DNA of 64,000 nucleotides. Source: an uncultured Candidatus Saccharibacteria bacterium. Lineage in GTDB: Bacteria > Patescibacteriota > Minisyncoccia > Phycocordibacterales > XYD1-FULL-46-19. The stretch spans positions 5,252 through 69,251 of the forward strand of contig CAZXCI010000004.1 in the NCBI GenBank assembly GCA_964639285.1, written 5' to 3'. Under the pieces are notes generated by a model, which was not told the origin of the DNA, made no database searches, and worked only from the letters and a program-made list of their open reading frames with translations. The position numbers were made by a program, and so were the translations under genes. Numbering within the stretch: the first letter of the stretch is position 1; each line of letters begins with the position of its first letter. This document shows, piece by piece, positions 39,656-49,836 of the stretch.

Positions 39656-40672
39656 CTAACGGCCAAGATTCAGTGACAAACGCCATTTATAATACTCTCT
39701 GGTGACATCCACTCTTCCTTTCTTTTCCCCTCTCCAAGGGAAATAAGCAAATCTTGCTTTATAGGAATAGGTTTTGCCGACTTTCGGATTTCTAACGATA
39801 TACTGCCAATCCCAGGCTGGTCGGTGGGTGTTCCCGCTGAAATTGAATAATGCAAATCGTATTGGGAGGCATTGATTAAACATCATTAGGTAGCACATCG
39901 TGTCTCCTGTCGTTGAGAAATCTCCGTCGCCATCTACTAGGCCATAGTAGAATGGGGTATAGAATTTTCGTCCCTCATAATCATCTGAGAAGTTGTGAAC
40001 GGAGAAGTCAGGGTCCCATGGGTCGAACTCGAGTTCCTTTGTCCCAATTGAAGGTATTATCCCCTGATCGATCATTTCTTCTCCTCCTGGTGTTAGGCCG
40101 TTGCTATCTCCATAGCTACACCATCCCCATTGGTTATTGCTTGGGTCTCGACCCCAGAAGTAAATTCTTCGATCGATGGCAGCATCTACGTAACTTGCCC
40201 ACATGAAGCCAAGCCAGCCCTTAGTCCAAACATTCACCGTCGGTTTAGCTTGGAAGATCATGTCTAGGAAGTAGCTACTTAGGTGAAAACTCATCGAGCA
40301 CTCAACTCCCCAGGTTGATCCAATACTTGGCCAATAGAGTGTCCCTTTGTTTGGAGAAGAACTTGAGATAAAGCAGGGGTCTGTTTCCGGAGTAAATAGT
40401 TGACGCCAGCCATCATCTTTGTCTCCATTGAAGACATGCTCGAAGTAGCATCCCGCTTGCCAAAAAAGGTTTCTGTTCTCGAAAGACTTATCTTCCAGAT
40501 AACGAAACCCGTTGGTCCCTTCTCCCCCCACCAAAAAGGGGTTGTTACCAAATAGTTCTCCCAGGAAAATTGGTGTCTCCATAACAATACTTGGGTCTTC
40601 AAGCTCCTGACTTTGGCCTAGTGGAGAAACAATTGAGAGCACCACCACCAAGAACAATTTTGACAGCTTCAT
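39656..40672 (-). CDS. Secreted hypothetical protein
   Basis: Signal peptide; aromatic-rich beta protein; own terminator at ~39592-39622. Confidence 0.7.
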   Translation of the reverse strand: MKLSKLFLVVVLSIVSPLGQSQELEDPSIVMETPIFLGELFGNNPFLVGGEGTNGFRYLEDKSFENRNLFWQAGCYFEHVFNGDKDDGWRQLFTPETDPCFISSSSPNKGTLYWPSIGSTWGVECSMSFHLSSYFLDMIFQAKPTVNVWTKGWLGFMWASYVDAAIDRRIYFWGRDPSNNQWGWCSYGDSNGLTPGGEEMIDQGIIPSIGTKELEFDPWDPDFSVHNFSDDYEGRKFYTPFYYGLVDGDGDFSTTGDTMCYLMMFNQCLPIRFALFNFSGNTHRPAWDWQYIVRNPKVGKTYSYKARFAYFPWRGEKKGRVDVTREYYKWRLSLNLGR

Positions 40673-40841
40673 TTTTTCCTTCCTTTCTTAGTTGTTCAGT
40701 AGATTGAATTACAAATAACACTTCTAACTCTGTCTCTAGGGTAAAACTTTTACAGCATAATGTCAATTTATTTCACTATCCCCAGATTTCTTCAGTTTCT
40801 CCGACATTTTTTCTTTTTTCTTGGTATAATAAGGATGCCGT

Positions 40842-43800
40842 ATGTTGACCGTCCTGTCTAAGAAAGACATCAAGATCTTTGAGTGCCTTTTAGGTAGTCT
40901 GGTTTTTCTCGTTTTATTTTTCCCGCTAGTTTCCTCAGCTGTATTTACTAAACAAATCAATTACCAAGGCAAATTAACGGATGCCAGCGGGGTGGCTGTA
41001 GCTGATGGCAATTACAGTATCGAATTTAAGCTCTATGCCGCATCCTCTGGTGGTTCAGCTCTCTGGACAGAGACACAGACGGTGTCTGTCACCGGGGGGC
41101 TTTTCTCCACTATGCTGGGTTCGGTCACTTCGCTTGATGCTTTTGATTTTAATCAGGCCCTCTACTTAACTCTTAATGTCGAGGGCGATGGTGAGATGAC
41201 TCCGCGTAAGACCATTGGTTCAGTTCCCAATGCCTTTAACGCTGAAAAATTCGATGGTCTAGCCACCACATCGTTTGCTGTACTTAGTGCCGATAATATT
41301 TTCACGGGCCTGAATACTTTTTCGGCGACCACAACTTTGGCAACAACTACTTTAGCTTATGATACTTGGATTGGTAGTAACCTAACAAACAAGAGTATTC
41401 AGTTTTCGGACTACCTTTTTTCAAATGGAAGCTTTCTTGATGGCAGTAGTGTGAATCTTATAAAATCATTGAATGATTCTGGGTACTCATTGATTGCTGA
41501 GGATACCGTGGCGGCTTTGTCAATCGGTAATATTAATCCAGCTTTTTATTGGCTCAGTGATAGCTCTTCTGATTATGCCTATGCTCAGTTCGCCACCTCA
41601 ACAGGAATCTTGACTCTTGCCGGGGCCGACAGCTATTTGCTTGACGATAAAGTAGAGATTTCTGGGGGAGACCCTACTCTTGTCTCCGAGTTGACAACTT
41701 TACCCTATTCGGCAACAGGAGGGCATTCGGTTGAAATGAAAATTGTCGGTAATTATCTGTATATGAGTTTTGCTATTGATGGGGCCGGTAACCAATTTAG
41801 GATCTTAGACATCTCTGATCCGGCCAACCCGGAGATATTGGGGGGGGCAGACCTCTCTCTTCCCGGTCAGGCGAGAGGCTTGGATGTTGTCGGAAGATAC
41901 GCTTATGTCGGCTTTGAAGCCAGCGTCTTCCCCGGGGATGATGTCTTCAGAATAATAGACATCTCTGACCCAACTAACCCGGTTGTTGTTGGGGGAGAAG
42001 CTTTGACTTTTGATAACAGCGTAAGGTCTATCAAAGTCGTCGGAAAATACGCTTATCTAGGTATCTATCAATTTAATGGGACTCTCAATAAAAGCTTAGA
42101 CATTATCGATATCTCTGACCCCTATAATCCTCGGAAGGTTAGCCCGACGACAATCAGTGGCTTAACTGCAGAAGTTAGGTCTCTTGATGTCGTTGGCAAG
42201 TACGCTTATCTCGTGTCGTACTTTGATGACGACCTTCCAGGTTCAGAAAGCACAAACATTATGAGAATCGTAGATATCTCTAACCCAAGTAGTCCTGTTG
42301 TGGTTGGCGGATCATCTCTAACTTTACCTAATTACGCTAGGCAAATTGAAGTTGTCGGGCGCTATGCTTATGTAACTTTTGATGCTTTTGGCCCCCCCAT
42401 CGATAATGGTTTGCTTACTAGTCAATTTTTTAGAATAATAGATATCTCTGATCCAACCAGTCCAGTAGTAGTGGGAGGTGAGTCACTCCCCTTTGCAAAT
42501 GAATTTGAACCAAATGGGGGTATGAAGATGATGTTCATCGCGGATAACCTGGTCTATTCGGTGGGAAACAGTGAGACTAACAATGACACCTTTTATGTTA
42601 TTGATGTAGAAGAAGCTGATAATCCAAGTCTTTTGAAATCATTTAACACGGATTCAGGCGGTTCATCTGTTGGCATCTGGGGGATAGCTGTTTCTGGTAA
42701 TTATGTCTATCTCGGGCTTTCCGCGAATACTACCAATGTTGACACTCAGGTTGGCTTAAGGGTTATGGATCTAAGAGGGCTAGAAACAGGCTCAGCTAAT
42801 ATTAATTCTCTCAAAGTCGGTTCCTTAAATGTCTCTTCTGATCTAATTATTGGTGGAGATATCCAAGCCAATGGCTTAAGTACCGGTGTCGGGGGGATTG
42901 AGACAGATGGGATTCTGAGTATAAATGGTACCACTACCGCTAGTTATTTCGGTGGCTCTCTCGGTGTTGGTACCACTAGCCCAATATCTAAGTTATCGGT
43001 TGTAGGGACTACAACTTTATCCGTTGACAGCACCTATTGGCAGACATCCAAGTTCTTTATGAATGGCTATGGCGATATCCCTCTTCTTCTCGCACATGGT
43101 GCAAGCACTACTGACCCGACAACAACATATGATTTCGGGGCGATTAGCAATGGACTATATCTTGTCAACAATGACGGAGCCGACAACTTGCCTCTAACTT
43201 TTTTTCAAGTTGATGCGGCTGGCGATGCGGTCAGCGGGGGGTCATTAGTCTTTGATTTTGGTAGTAGTTACTTCACTTCCGATGCCAATTTTAACCCGAG
43301 CGACAACAATACTCTTGATTTGGGCTCTCCTGACTTGAGCTGGCGGGGTATTTATGCGAGCACAAGTATCAGTCTTGGCTCGCTTGATACCAATGGCCCT
43401 GTTTATTCTAATAATGGGTCTTTGACCAACGTCAATCCCTCTTCGCGGGATTATAAGGACAATATCACTGATGCCACCCTTAATATTGACGCTCTACTTG
43501 GCTTGCAGATAAAATCTTTTGTTTGGAAGACCAATGGTCAGAACGACTTCGGTTTGATCGCTGAAGAAATCAGAGATGTCTTGCCTGAACTCTATGTGGA
43601 TGATGGGGTAACCAAGGGTTATCGTTCTGGTCAATTACCATTCTATCTTCTTCAGATTGCTCAACGTCAAGAACAGAAGATTGCCGAGCTTGATACTCGA
43701 ATTGCTTCAGGCACAGTGGCGGTCGCCACCAGTAGTACCGAAACTCTCAATCTTCAGGCTATTCAATCGATTTCTGGCAATTGGAGTATCTCGGAAGACG

Positions 43801-44183
43801 GGACGCTTATTGCTAAGAATATCAAGGCCGAGAACGCTATTATCGAAAATGGCGTAACGGTCCGTGACCGAGCGACGGGAGATTATTCCTGCATCTTTGT
43901 TGAGGGTGGGACGGTTAAGACAAGTTCTGGCGAATGTCAGCCTGGAGTCTCGTCGATTCTTCCTTCGAGCGGAGGAGGAATCTCGTCTGGCGAAGAAGAG
44001 AGCGAGCCTGTTGCTACTAGCACAGAGGATGAAGTCGTCGCGACAACGACAGAACCTGTGGCAGCAGAACCAGATCCTGCCCCTGATGATTTGCCCTCTT
44101 CTGGCCCTGAAGAGGAGGCTCCTGCGCCCGATCCTGCTCCTCCAGTGGTAATTCCTGAAGAGACTTCTTCTCCAGCTGAGTAA
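40842..44183 (+). CDS. Large surface protein with LVIVD repeats and an S74-like chaperone domain
   Basis: INYQGKLTD N-terminus; repeated FRIIDISDPTNP units; SSRDYKDNI...FGLIAEEI...PEL (S74-like); acidic Pro-rich tail. Confidence 0.8.
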   Translation: MLTVLSKKDIKIFECLLGSLVFLVLFFPLVSSAVFTKQINYQGKLTDASGVAVADGNYSIEFKLYAASSGGSALWTETQTVSVTGGLFSTMLGSVTSLDAFDFNQALYLTLNVEGDGEMTPRKTIGSVPNAFNAEKFDGLATTSFAVLSADNIFTGLNTFSATTTLATTTLAYDTWIGSNLTNKSIQFSDYLFSNGSFLDGSSVNLIKSLNDSGYSLIAEDTVAALSIGNINPAFYWLSDSSSDYAYAQFATSTGILTLAGADSYLLDDKVEISGGDPTLVSELTTLPYSATGGHSVEMKIVGNYLYMSFAIDGAGNQFRILDISDPANPEILGGADLSLPGQARGLDVVGRYAYVGFEASVFPGDDVFRIIDISDPTNPVVVGGEALTFDNSVRSIKVVGKYAYLGIYQFNGTLNKSLDIIDISDPYNPRKVSPTTISGLTAEVRSLDVVGKYAYLVSYFDDDLPGSESTNIMRIVDISNPSSPVVVGGSSLTLPNYARQIEVVGRYAYVTFDAFGPPIDNGLLTSQFFRIIDISDPTSPVVVGGESLPFANEFEPNGGMKMMFIADNLVYSVGNSETNNDTFYVIDVEEADNPSLLKSFNTDSGGSSVGIWGIAVSGNYVYLGLSANTTNVDTQVGLRVMDLRGLETGSANINSLKVGSLNVSSDLIIGGDIQANGLSTGVGGIETDGILSINGTTTASYFGGSLGVGTTSPISKLSVVGTTTLSVDSTYWQTSKFFMNGYGDIPLLLAHGASTTDPTTTYDFGAISNGLYLVNNDGADNLPLTFFQVDAAGDAVSGGSLVFDFGSSYFTSDANFNPSDNNTLDLGSPDLSWRGIYASTSISLGSLDTNGPVYSNNGSLTNVNPSSRDYKDNITDATLNIDALLGLQIKSFVWKTNGQNDFGLIAEEIRDVLPELYVDDGVTKGYRSGQLPFYLLQIAQRQEQKIAELDTRIASGTVAVATSSTETLNLQAIQSISGNWSISEDGTLIAKNIKAENAIIENGVTVRDRATGDYSCIFVEGGTVKTSSGECQPGVSSILPSSGGGISSGEEESEPVATSTEDEVVATTTEPVAAEPDPAPDDLPSSGPEEEAPAPDPAPPVVIPEETSSPAE

Positions 44184-44292
44184 AATTAAGTTATCAACAG
44201 TTTATAAGAGTTCTTGTAGAACTCTTTTTGGTTTAGAATAGGAATAGTTTTATCAGTTTTTATTATAAATTAGTAACTTTTTTGTAAAAAAA

Positions 44293-46650
44293 ATGGTCAA
44301 AAAACAGAAAATTGCGCGAAAAACAGTAAAAAAGGTCAAAAGCGAGAAGAAAAAAATTCTGGTGGTTAGAAATATTCAGAAACGCGATGGGGCGAAGGTC
44401 GCTTATGACGAACAGAAGATCGCGAACGCAATTTTCAAGGCCATGAGAGCGGCGGGTGAGGGAACTTTGGCTGACGCCATGAAAGTGGCTGGCTCTGTCC
44501 AGGCCGAGCTAGTTAAGATCTGTCTAGCTAAAGGAGCGAAGACTAGTGCCGATTGCGTCCCGGTCGTCGAGGATATCCAGGACGTGGTGGAGAGACAATT
44601 AATTTTCCATAAATTTGCAGTAACCGCGAAGAGTTATATTCTCTATCGTGAGAAGAGAACGGAATTGCGTCGCGAACGAGGAGAGGTCCCTGCTCGTGTT
44701 CGTGAGTTAGCGACTGAGAGTAAAAAATATTTTCAAAATGAACTTTCCGAATTTGTTTATTATCGTTCTTATTCGCGTTGGATTGACGAGGAGAATCGTC
44801 GTGAGACTTGGGTTGAGTCGGTCGACCGCTATCTTTCTTTTATGAAAGAAAATTTGGGTAATAAGCTCAAAGAGTCAGAATACGCTGAACTTCGTGAAGG
44901 AATGTTGGCTCAGAAGGCAATGCCTTCGATGCGTCTTATGTGGAGTGCCGGGCCAGCTGCTCGTCGGACCAATGCCACTGCTTATAATTGTTCTTATATT
45001 GCTCCGACCACCTTTCAGGATTTAGCGGAGATTATGTACCTCTCTATGTCTGGTTGTGGTGTTGGCTATTCCGTTGAGAGTCAGACAGCTCAGCAATTCC
45101 CCATAATTCAAAGGCAGACAGGCAAGACCAGAAGGACCCATATTGTTGTTGATAGTCGTGAGGGTTGGTGCGATGCCCTTGTGGTAGGGCTCAAAACTTG
45201 GTTCGCAGGGGAAGATATTGAATTTGATTATTCACAATTGCGTCCAGCTGGCGCTCGCCTTAAGACGATGGGAGGCCGTTCGTCTGGCCCTGAACCACTC
45301 GTTTCTCTTATGGTTTTCACTCGAGCGAAAGTTTTAACGAGACAAGGCAAGCGTTTGCGCAATATTGATGTCCATGACATTATTTGCAAAATCGGAGAAG
45401 TTGTTGTCTCCGGCGGAGTTCGACGGACAGCGATGATCTCTCTTTCTGATCTTGATGATACCGAGATTCGCCATTCGAAGGAAGGACAATTCTATATGAC
45501 CGAACCACAACGCAGTTTATCTAATAATTCAGCGGTCTACAACGAGAAGCCGACGAGTGCTGAATTCTTAGAAGAGTGGATTGCCTTAATGCGAAGTGGT
45601 TCAGGTGAACGGGGTATTTTCAATCGTGGATCACTTGAAAAACAATTACCGAAGCGTCGCTGGGAACGTTTTGAAAAAGATGCGGCAACTTGCGGAATGA
45701 ATCCTTGCGGAGAGATTGTCCTCAAGTCTAAACAATTTTGTAATCTGACAGAGGTTGTCGCCCGTGCTGGCGATACGATTGAGGATCTCTTGGCAAAGGC
45801 AAGAATCGCCGCTATCCTCGGTACCTATCAGGCTAGTCTAACCAATTTTACTTATCTTTCTGACGACTGGAAGGAGAATTGCGAAGAAGAGGCCCTCCTT
45901 GGTGTCTCGGTGACAGGTCAATGGGATTGCAAGACTGTCCGTGATCCAGAGGTCATGCAGAAGATTAGAGATGAGGTCGTCAAGACAAATCGAGAATATG
46001 CCAAGCGTTTCGGTATCAATCGAGCTTCGGCCGTAACTTGCGTGAAGCCATCAGGGACCGTCTCTCAACTCGTTGATTCCTCTTCAGGGATGCACCCAAG
46101 ACATGCCCGTTATTATATTCGTCGTATTCGTATCTCGGCTACCGATGCCCTCTTCAAGATGATGAAGGATCAGGGTTGTCCTTATTACCCAGAGGTCGGT
46201 CAGAACATGGACTCGGCCAACACCTATGTTTTTGAATTTCCGGTTAAAGCGCCAGAAAATTCTATTTACAAGGACGACCAGAGCGCAATTGAGCAACTTG
46301 ATTATTGGAAGATGGTTAAGGAAAATTACACTGAGCATAACCCATCTGTCACTATTTCTATTGGTCCCGATGAGTGGATTGAGGTAGCCAATTGGCTTTA
46401 TAAAAATTGGGATATTATTGGGGGGCTCTCTTTTCTTCCTCGCTCTGAACATGTCTATAAGTTGGCACCTTACGAGGAGATTAGCAAGGAGCGTTATGAT
46501 TCTCTGAAGAAAAACTTTCCTAATCTTGATTTTTCCAAAATTGTTTTATATGAGGAGAGTGACCAAACTCAAGGTTCTAAGGAGTTAGCTTGTTCGTCTG
46601 GAGTTTGTGAGATAGACATGGCGCCAACAAGTGAAGAAGAGAAGAAATAA
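44293..46650 (+). CDS. nrdJ: Class II (B12-dependent) ribonucleotide reductase with ATP cone
   Basis: ATP cone (IQKRDG), YNC, GGVRRTA, NPCGE, TCVKPSGT, C-terminal CSSGVCE. Confidence 0.9.
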   Translation: MVKKQKIARKTVKKVKSEKKKILVVRNIQKRDGAKVAYDEQKIANAIFKAMRAAGEGTLADAMKVAGSVQAELVKICLAKGAKTSADCVPVVEDIQDVVERQLIFHKFAVTAKSYILYREKRTELRRERGEVPARVRELATESKKYFQNELSEFVYYRSYSRWIDEENRRETWVESVDRYLSFMKENLGNKLKESEYAELREGMLAQKAMPSMRLMWSAGPAARRTNATAYNCSYIAPTTFQDLAEIMYLSMSGCGVGYSVESQTAQQFPIIQRQTGKTRRTHIVVDSREGWCDALVVGLKTWFAGEDIEFDYSQLRPAGARLKTMGGRSSGPEPLVSLMVFTRAKVLTRQGKRLRNIDVHDIICKIGEVVVSGGVRRTAMISLSDLDDTEIRHSKEGQFYMTEPQRSLSNNSAVYNEKPTSAEFLEEWIALMRSGSGERGIFNRGSLEKQLPKRRWERFEKDAATCGMNPCGEIVLKSKQFCNLTEVVARAGDTIEDLLAKARIAAILGTYQASLTNFTYLSDDWKENCEEEALLGVSVTGQWDCKTVRDPEVMQKIRDEVVKTNREYAKRFGINRASAVTCVKPSGTVSQLVDSSSGMHPRHARYYIRRIRISATDALFKMMKDQGCPYYPEVGQNMDSANTYVFEFPVKAPENSIYKDDQSAIEQLDYWKMVKENYTEHNPSVTISIGPDEWIEVANWLYKNWDIIGGLSFLPRSEHVYKLAPYEEISKERYDSLKKNFPNLDFSKIVLYEESDQTQGSKELACSSGVCEIDMAPTSEEEKK

Positions 46651-46689
46651 AGGATAAAAGCAAAAAATCCCCTTCTAGGGGATTTTTTG

Positions 46690-47094
46690 CTGATCTGCTG
46701 TCTATAAGCCGAATTCTGTTATCGACAATTATTTATCTGGGATCAACATTGCTGTTGGCCTCTAGCGGCACTTCCCTCGATTTCTCTCGGGACACGGCCT
46801 TGCACTCAGGTAAGGATTTAGCACGTTTCAACAAAACCTTCGGTTTTGTTGTCCCTCCGTAGCTCATTAGAGCGAAGGGGGACAACGGACCTTATAATTT
46901 TGACGCCCTGCTTCGCATAAAGCTTCGCAGGGCGGATGTTTCCTTTCGTCAACATCCGTTTCTGTTCGCACCTCGTGGCTTACGCCAGACGGGCGTTACC
47001 CGCTACCCTGCTACCCGCACCGAAGTGTGGGTGAGTGTTCGGACTTTCCTCCCTATACCGTACGGTACGGGGCAATTGCCCGACAGCAGATCAG
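46690..47094 (-). ncRNA. rnpB: RNase P RNA
   Basis: Minus strand GAGGAAAGTCC near the 5' end and ACAGAATTCGGCTTAT near the 3' end; P1 helix CTGATCTGCTGTC/GACAGCAGATCAG. Confidence 0.95.
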
Positions 47095-47127
47095 GATGAT
47101 TATAGCACAGAAATTGAGAAAAGGGAA

Positions 47128-47340
47128 TTAATCCGACAGCCTAGCCTTTTTTGTTTGAGAAGGCTTGGGTTTAGCCGTTTTTAGATGTTCTTGGATTTGA
47201 GAGATAGAGTAGAGGCGATAACCGTTTTGGGGGTCACGTTTTGATTTTAATTTGCCTTGTTTGTCCCAATTACGAAGGGTCTCAATTGACACTCCGGCAA
47301 TCTCAGCGGCTGATTTAATTGTGATGAAACCTTTTTCCAT
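47128..47340 (-). CDS. MerR-type HTH DNA-binding protein
   Basis: TIKSAAEIAGVSIETLRNWDKQGKL...NGYRLY. Confidence 0.85.
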   Translation of the reverse strand: MEKGFITIKSAAEIAGVSIETLRNWDKQGKLKSKRDPQNGYRLYSISQIQEHLKTAKPKPSQTKKARLSD

Positions 47341-47351
47341 ATTAAAAATCC

Positions 47352-47375
47352 TGCTAGTATTATATAATACTAGCA
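47352..47375. promoter_or_regulatory. Perfect 24-bp palindrome in a divergent promoter region
   Basis: TGCTAGTATTAT-ATAATACTAGCA. Confidence 0.6.
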
Positions 47376-47403
47376 TTAATAGAAAAAATAAATACTAGGC
47401 TCT

Positions 47404-49830
47404 ATGGAAGAATCTTCTCACTCTAGGTCATTTTGGTCTTTTGACAATCTCGTGCTGTTTGTTTTGACGGCTGGTTTTCTTGCTTTACCAATTTTTACTC
47501 TACCTTTTTGGGGCACTTCTCTTGAAATTAGCAAGCATTTACTCATTGTTTTGACTGTTTTTGTGGCCTTTGTTCTTTGGTTGCTTGGTCGTCTACAGGC
47601 CGGGAAATTGGTTTTGCCAAAGAATTTAATTGTTGCCGGGGCCTTCCTTGTCTCTTTTTTCACTCTTTTGTCTGCCACCTTTTCGGGTTCTTTTTGGAAC
47701 TCTTTTTCTGGTCTTGGGTATGAAGTTGACACTTTTCTAACAATTTTTAGCTTATCTCTTCTCCTTTTCCTTTTTGGTATTTATTTTCAATCTAGGAAAC
47801 GCTTTCTCGCTGTTTATGTTGGGGTCTTTGTCGTAGCGGTTACCCTCTTTGCCCTAGAGCTTATTTCTCTTATTGTTCTTCGCACTAGTTGGTTTGGTTT
47901 TGCCCAACCATTCTTTTCTTTCTTGTCTAATAATCTCTTGACGAGTTTGGTGGGCAAATGGTATGACTTTGGGGTTTATTCTGGTTTTATCCTTCTTTCC
48001 TCCCTTGTGATGTTAGAATTCTTTTCTCTCAAGGAGATGCCAATTTTTAAGAGTTTTATCTCTGTTTGTTTTACCCTTTCCCTTTTTGTTTTAATTTTTA
48101 CTAATTATTTGCCTGTCTGGATAGTTTTAGGCATTGCTGCTTTGGTCCTCTTTGTATATAAGATTTCTTTTTGGGACAGAGGAAAAGATAAGGAAGAAGA
48201 TCGAGGATTAGGACAGGTCAATAAAGTCCTTCATCCGTCTTTTGTTGTTGTTTTGGTGGCCTTGTTTTTCATTACTCTTGGTGGGGCCGATAAATTGGGC
48301 CAGAATATTGGTCAAATTAGAGATCGTCTTGGTGTCCCGATCTTTGAGGTTCGGCCGTCTTGGCGAGGGACTTGGGGTCTTGCCTCAAAAACTTTGACCA
48401 AAGATCCTCTTTTGGGGGTTGGGCCGAATAACTTTGTAACCGAGTGGGTTAAGTCTAAGCCGTCTTCAGTTAACAACAGCTATTTTTGGAATATCGATTT
48501 TCGCTATGGAATAGGACTTATCCCTTCTCTTCTCGTGACCACTGGAATCCTTGGGGTCTTGGCTTGGCTCGCTTTCTTTGGGGCGATCCTCTGGTATGGT
48601 TTGCGTTTTATCTTTACCACCAAACAAGACAGGAGTACTCGGGCTTTACTCCTTCTCTCTTTTCTTGGCTCGGTTTATCTTTGGCTTTTCACTATTATCT
48701 ATGTCCCTGATACCGCGCTCTTGGCCTTAGCCTTTATGGTTACTGGTTTGTTCGTGGCGATTTTAACAGATACAAAGATTATTAAATATGGGGAGATTTC
48801 GCTTGTTGAGAACCCTCGTCATTCCTTCATCGCTACATTAATTTTTGTGGCTCTGATCATTGGAGCTATTACCGTCGGCTATCTATCTCTTCAGAAATAT
48901 GTTTCGGTTTACATCTTCCAACGAGGACTAGTTGCTCTACGCCAAGAGGGAGATCTCGATAAGGGTCGAATGTTGATAAATCAGGCGGCTAGTCTGAGTC
49001 GCCAAGATGTTTATTACCGAACTCTATCCGAGATTGATTTATCTCAAATTAGTCAATTATTATCCAACAAGAACTTATCGCAAGAGGAACTTCGAGCTCG
49101 TTTCTTAGCGCAAACCGATTCGGCAATTAAGAGTGCCATGAAAGCGACGACTATCAATGGTGATAATTACCTCAACTGGCTATCCCTTGGTCGAGTCTAT
49201 GAGACTCTTGTTCCTCTCGGCGTTGATAAGGCCTATGAGAGAGGCCAAGAAGCTTTTGGTAAGGCTAGAGCTCTGAAACCGGCCGATCCATCCATTCTCC
49301 TCAATTATTTTGCCCGTCTTGAGCTTAGTAATAAGAATCTGTCTAAGGCTCGTAGCTATGCGAACGAGTCTCTCATGGTAAAAAATGATTATGCTTCGGC
49401 AATTTCTCTCCTTTCTCAGCTTGATGTCCAAGAGGGGAATCTTGATGTCGCTGCCCGTCGATTAGAAGAGTTCTTGGCGAATTATCCCCAAACAAGAGAT
49501 GCTAATCCTTATTTCCAACTTGGTTTTTTGAAATATCAAAGGGAGAATTATTTGGGGGCTGTCCCGGCGCTAGAACGAGCTGTGGCTATTGTTCCTAATT
49601 TCTCTAATGCGAGATACTTCTTAGGTCTCAGTTATGATCGATTAGGGAGGAAAGCTGAAGCCCTAAAGCAGTTCCAAGAAATCGCCAAGTCTAATCCCGA
49701 CAATAAAGAAGTAGAGAAAATTATTGGTAATCTGTTGGCTGGCCGCCCGGCTCTCTCCGAAGGAGCGGGAGCGATGATTGGATCGAGCAAGGATTCTCTC
49801 AAGACCGAGATAAGCACTAAGGCTCAGTAG
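47404..49830 (+). CDS. Polytopic membrane protein (O-antigen-ligase-like) with TPR repeats
   Basis: Many TM helices, PLLGVGPNNF motif, C-terminal TPRs. Confidence 0.8.
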   Translation: MEESSHSRSFWSFDNLVLFVLTAGFLALPIFTLPFWGTSLEISKHLLIVLTVFVAFVLWLLGRLQAGKLVLPKNLIVAGAFLVSFFTLLSATFSGSFWNSFSGLGYEVDTFLTIFSLSLLLFLFGIYFQSRKRFLAVYVGVFVVAVTLFALELISLIVLRTSWFGFAQPFFSFLSNNLLTSLVGKWYDFGVYSGFILLSSLVMLEFFSLKEMPIFKSFISVCFTLSLFVLIFTNYLPVWIVLGIAALVLFVYKISFWDRGKDKEEDRGLGQVNKVLHPSFVVVLVALFFITLGGADKLGQNIGQIRDRLGVPIFEVRPSWRGTWGLASKTLTKDPLLGVGPNNFVTEWVKSKPSSVNNSYFWNIDFRYGIGLIPSLLVTTGILGVLAWLAFFGAILWYGLRFIFTTKQDRSTRALLLLSFLGSVYLWLFTIIYVPDTALLALAFMVTGLFVAILTDTKIIKYGEISLVENPRHSFIATLIFVALIIGAITVGYLSLQKYVSVYIFQRGLVALRQEGDLDKGRMLINQAASLSRQDVYYRTLSEIDLSQISQLLSNKNLSQEELRARFLAQTDSAIKSAMKATTINGDNYLNWLSLGRVYETLVPLGVDKAYERGQEAFGKARALKPADPSILLNYFARLELSNKNLSKARSYANESLMVKNDYASAISLLSQLDVQEGNLDVAARRLEEFLANYPQTRDANPYFQLGFLKYQRENYLGAVPALERAVAIVPNFSNARYFLGLSYDRLGRKAEALKQFQEIAKSNPDNKEVEKIIGNLLAGRPALSEGAGAMIGSSKDSLKTEISTKAQ

Positions 49831-49836
49831 GAATAT

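Noticed and set aside
41790-42480. Regularly spaced DNA repeats resembling an array
   Set aside because: They are coding LVIVD repeats within one ORF and are degenerate at codon third positions; not CRISPR.
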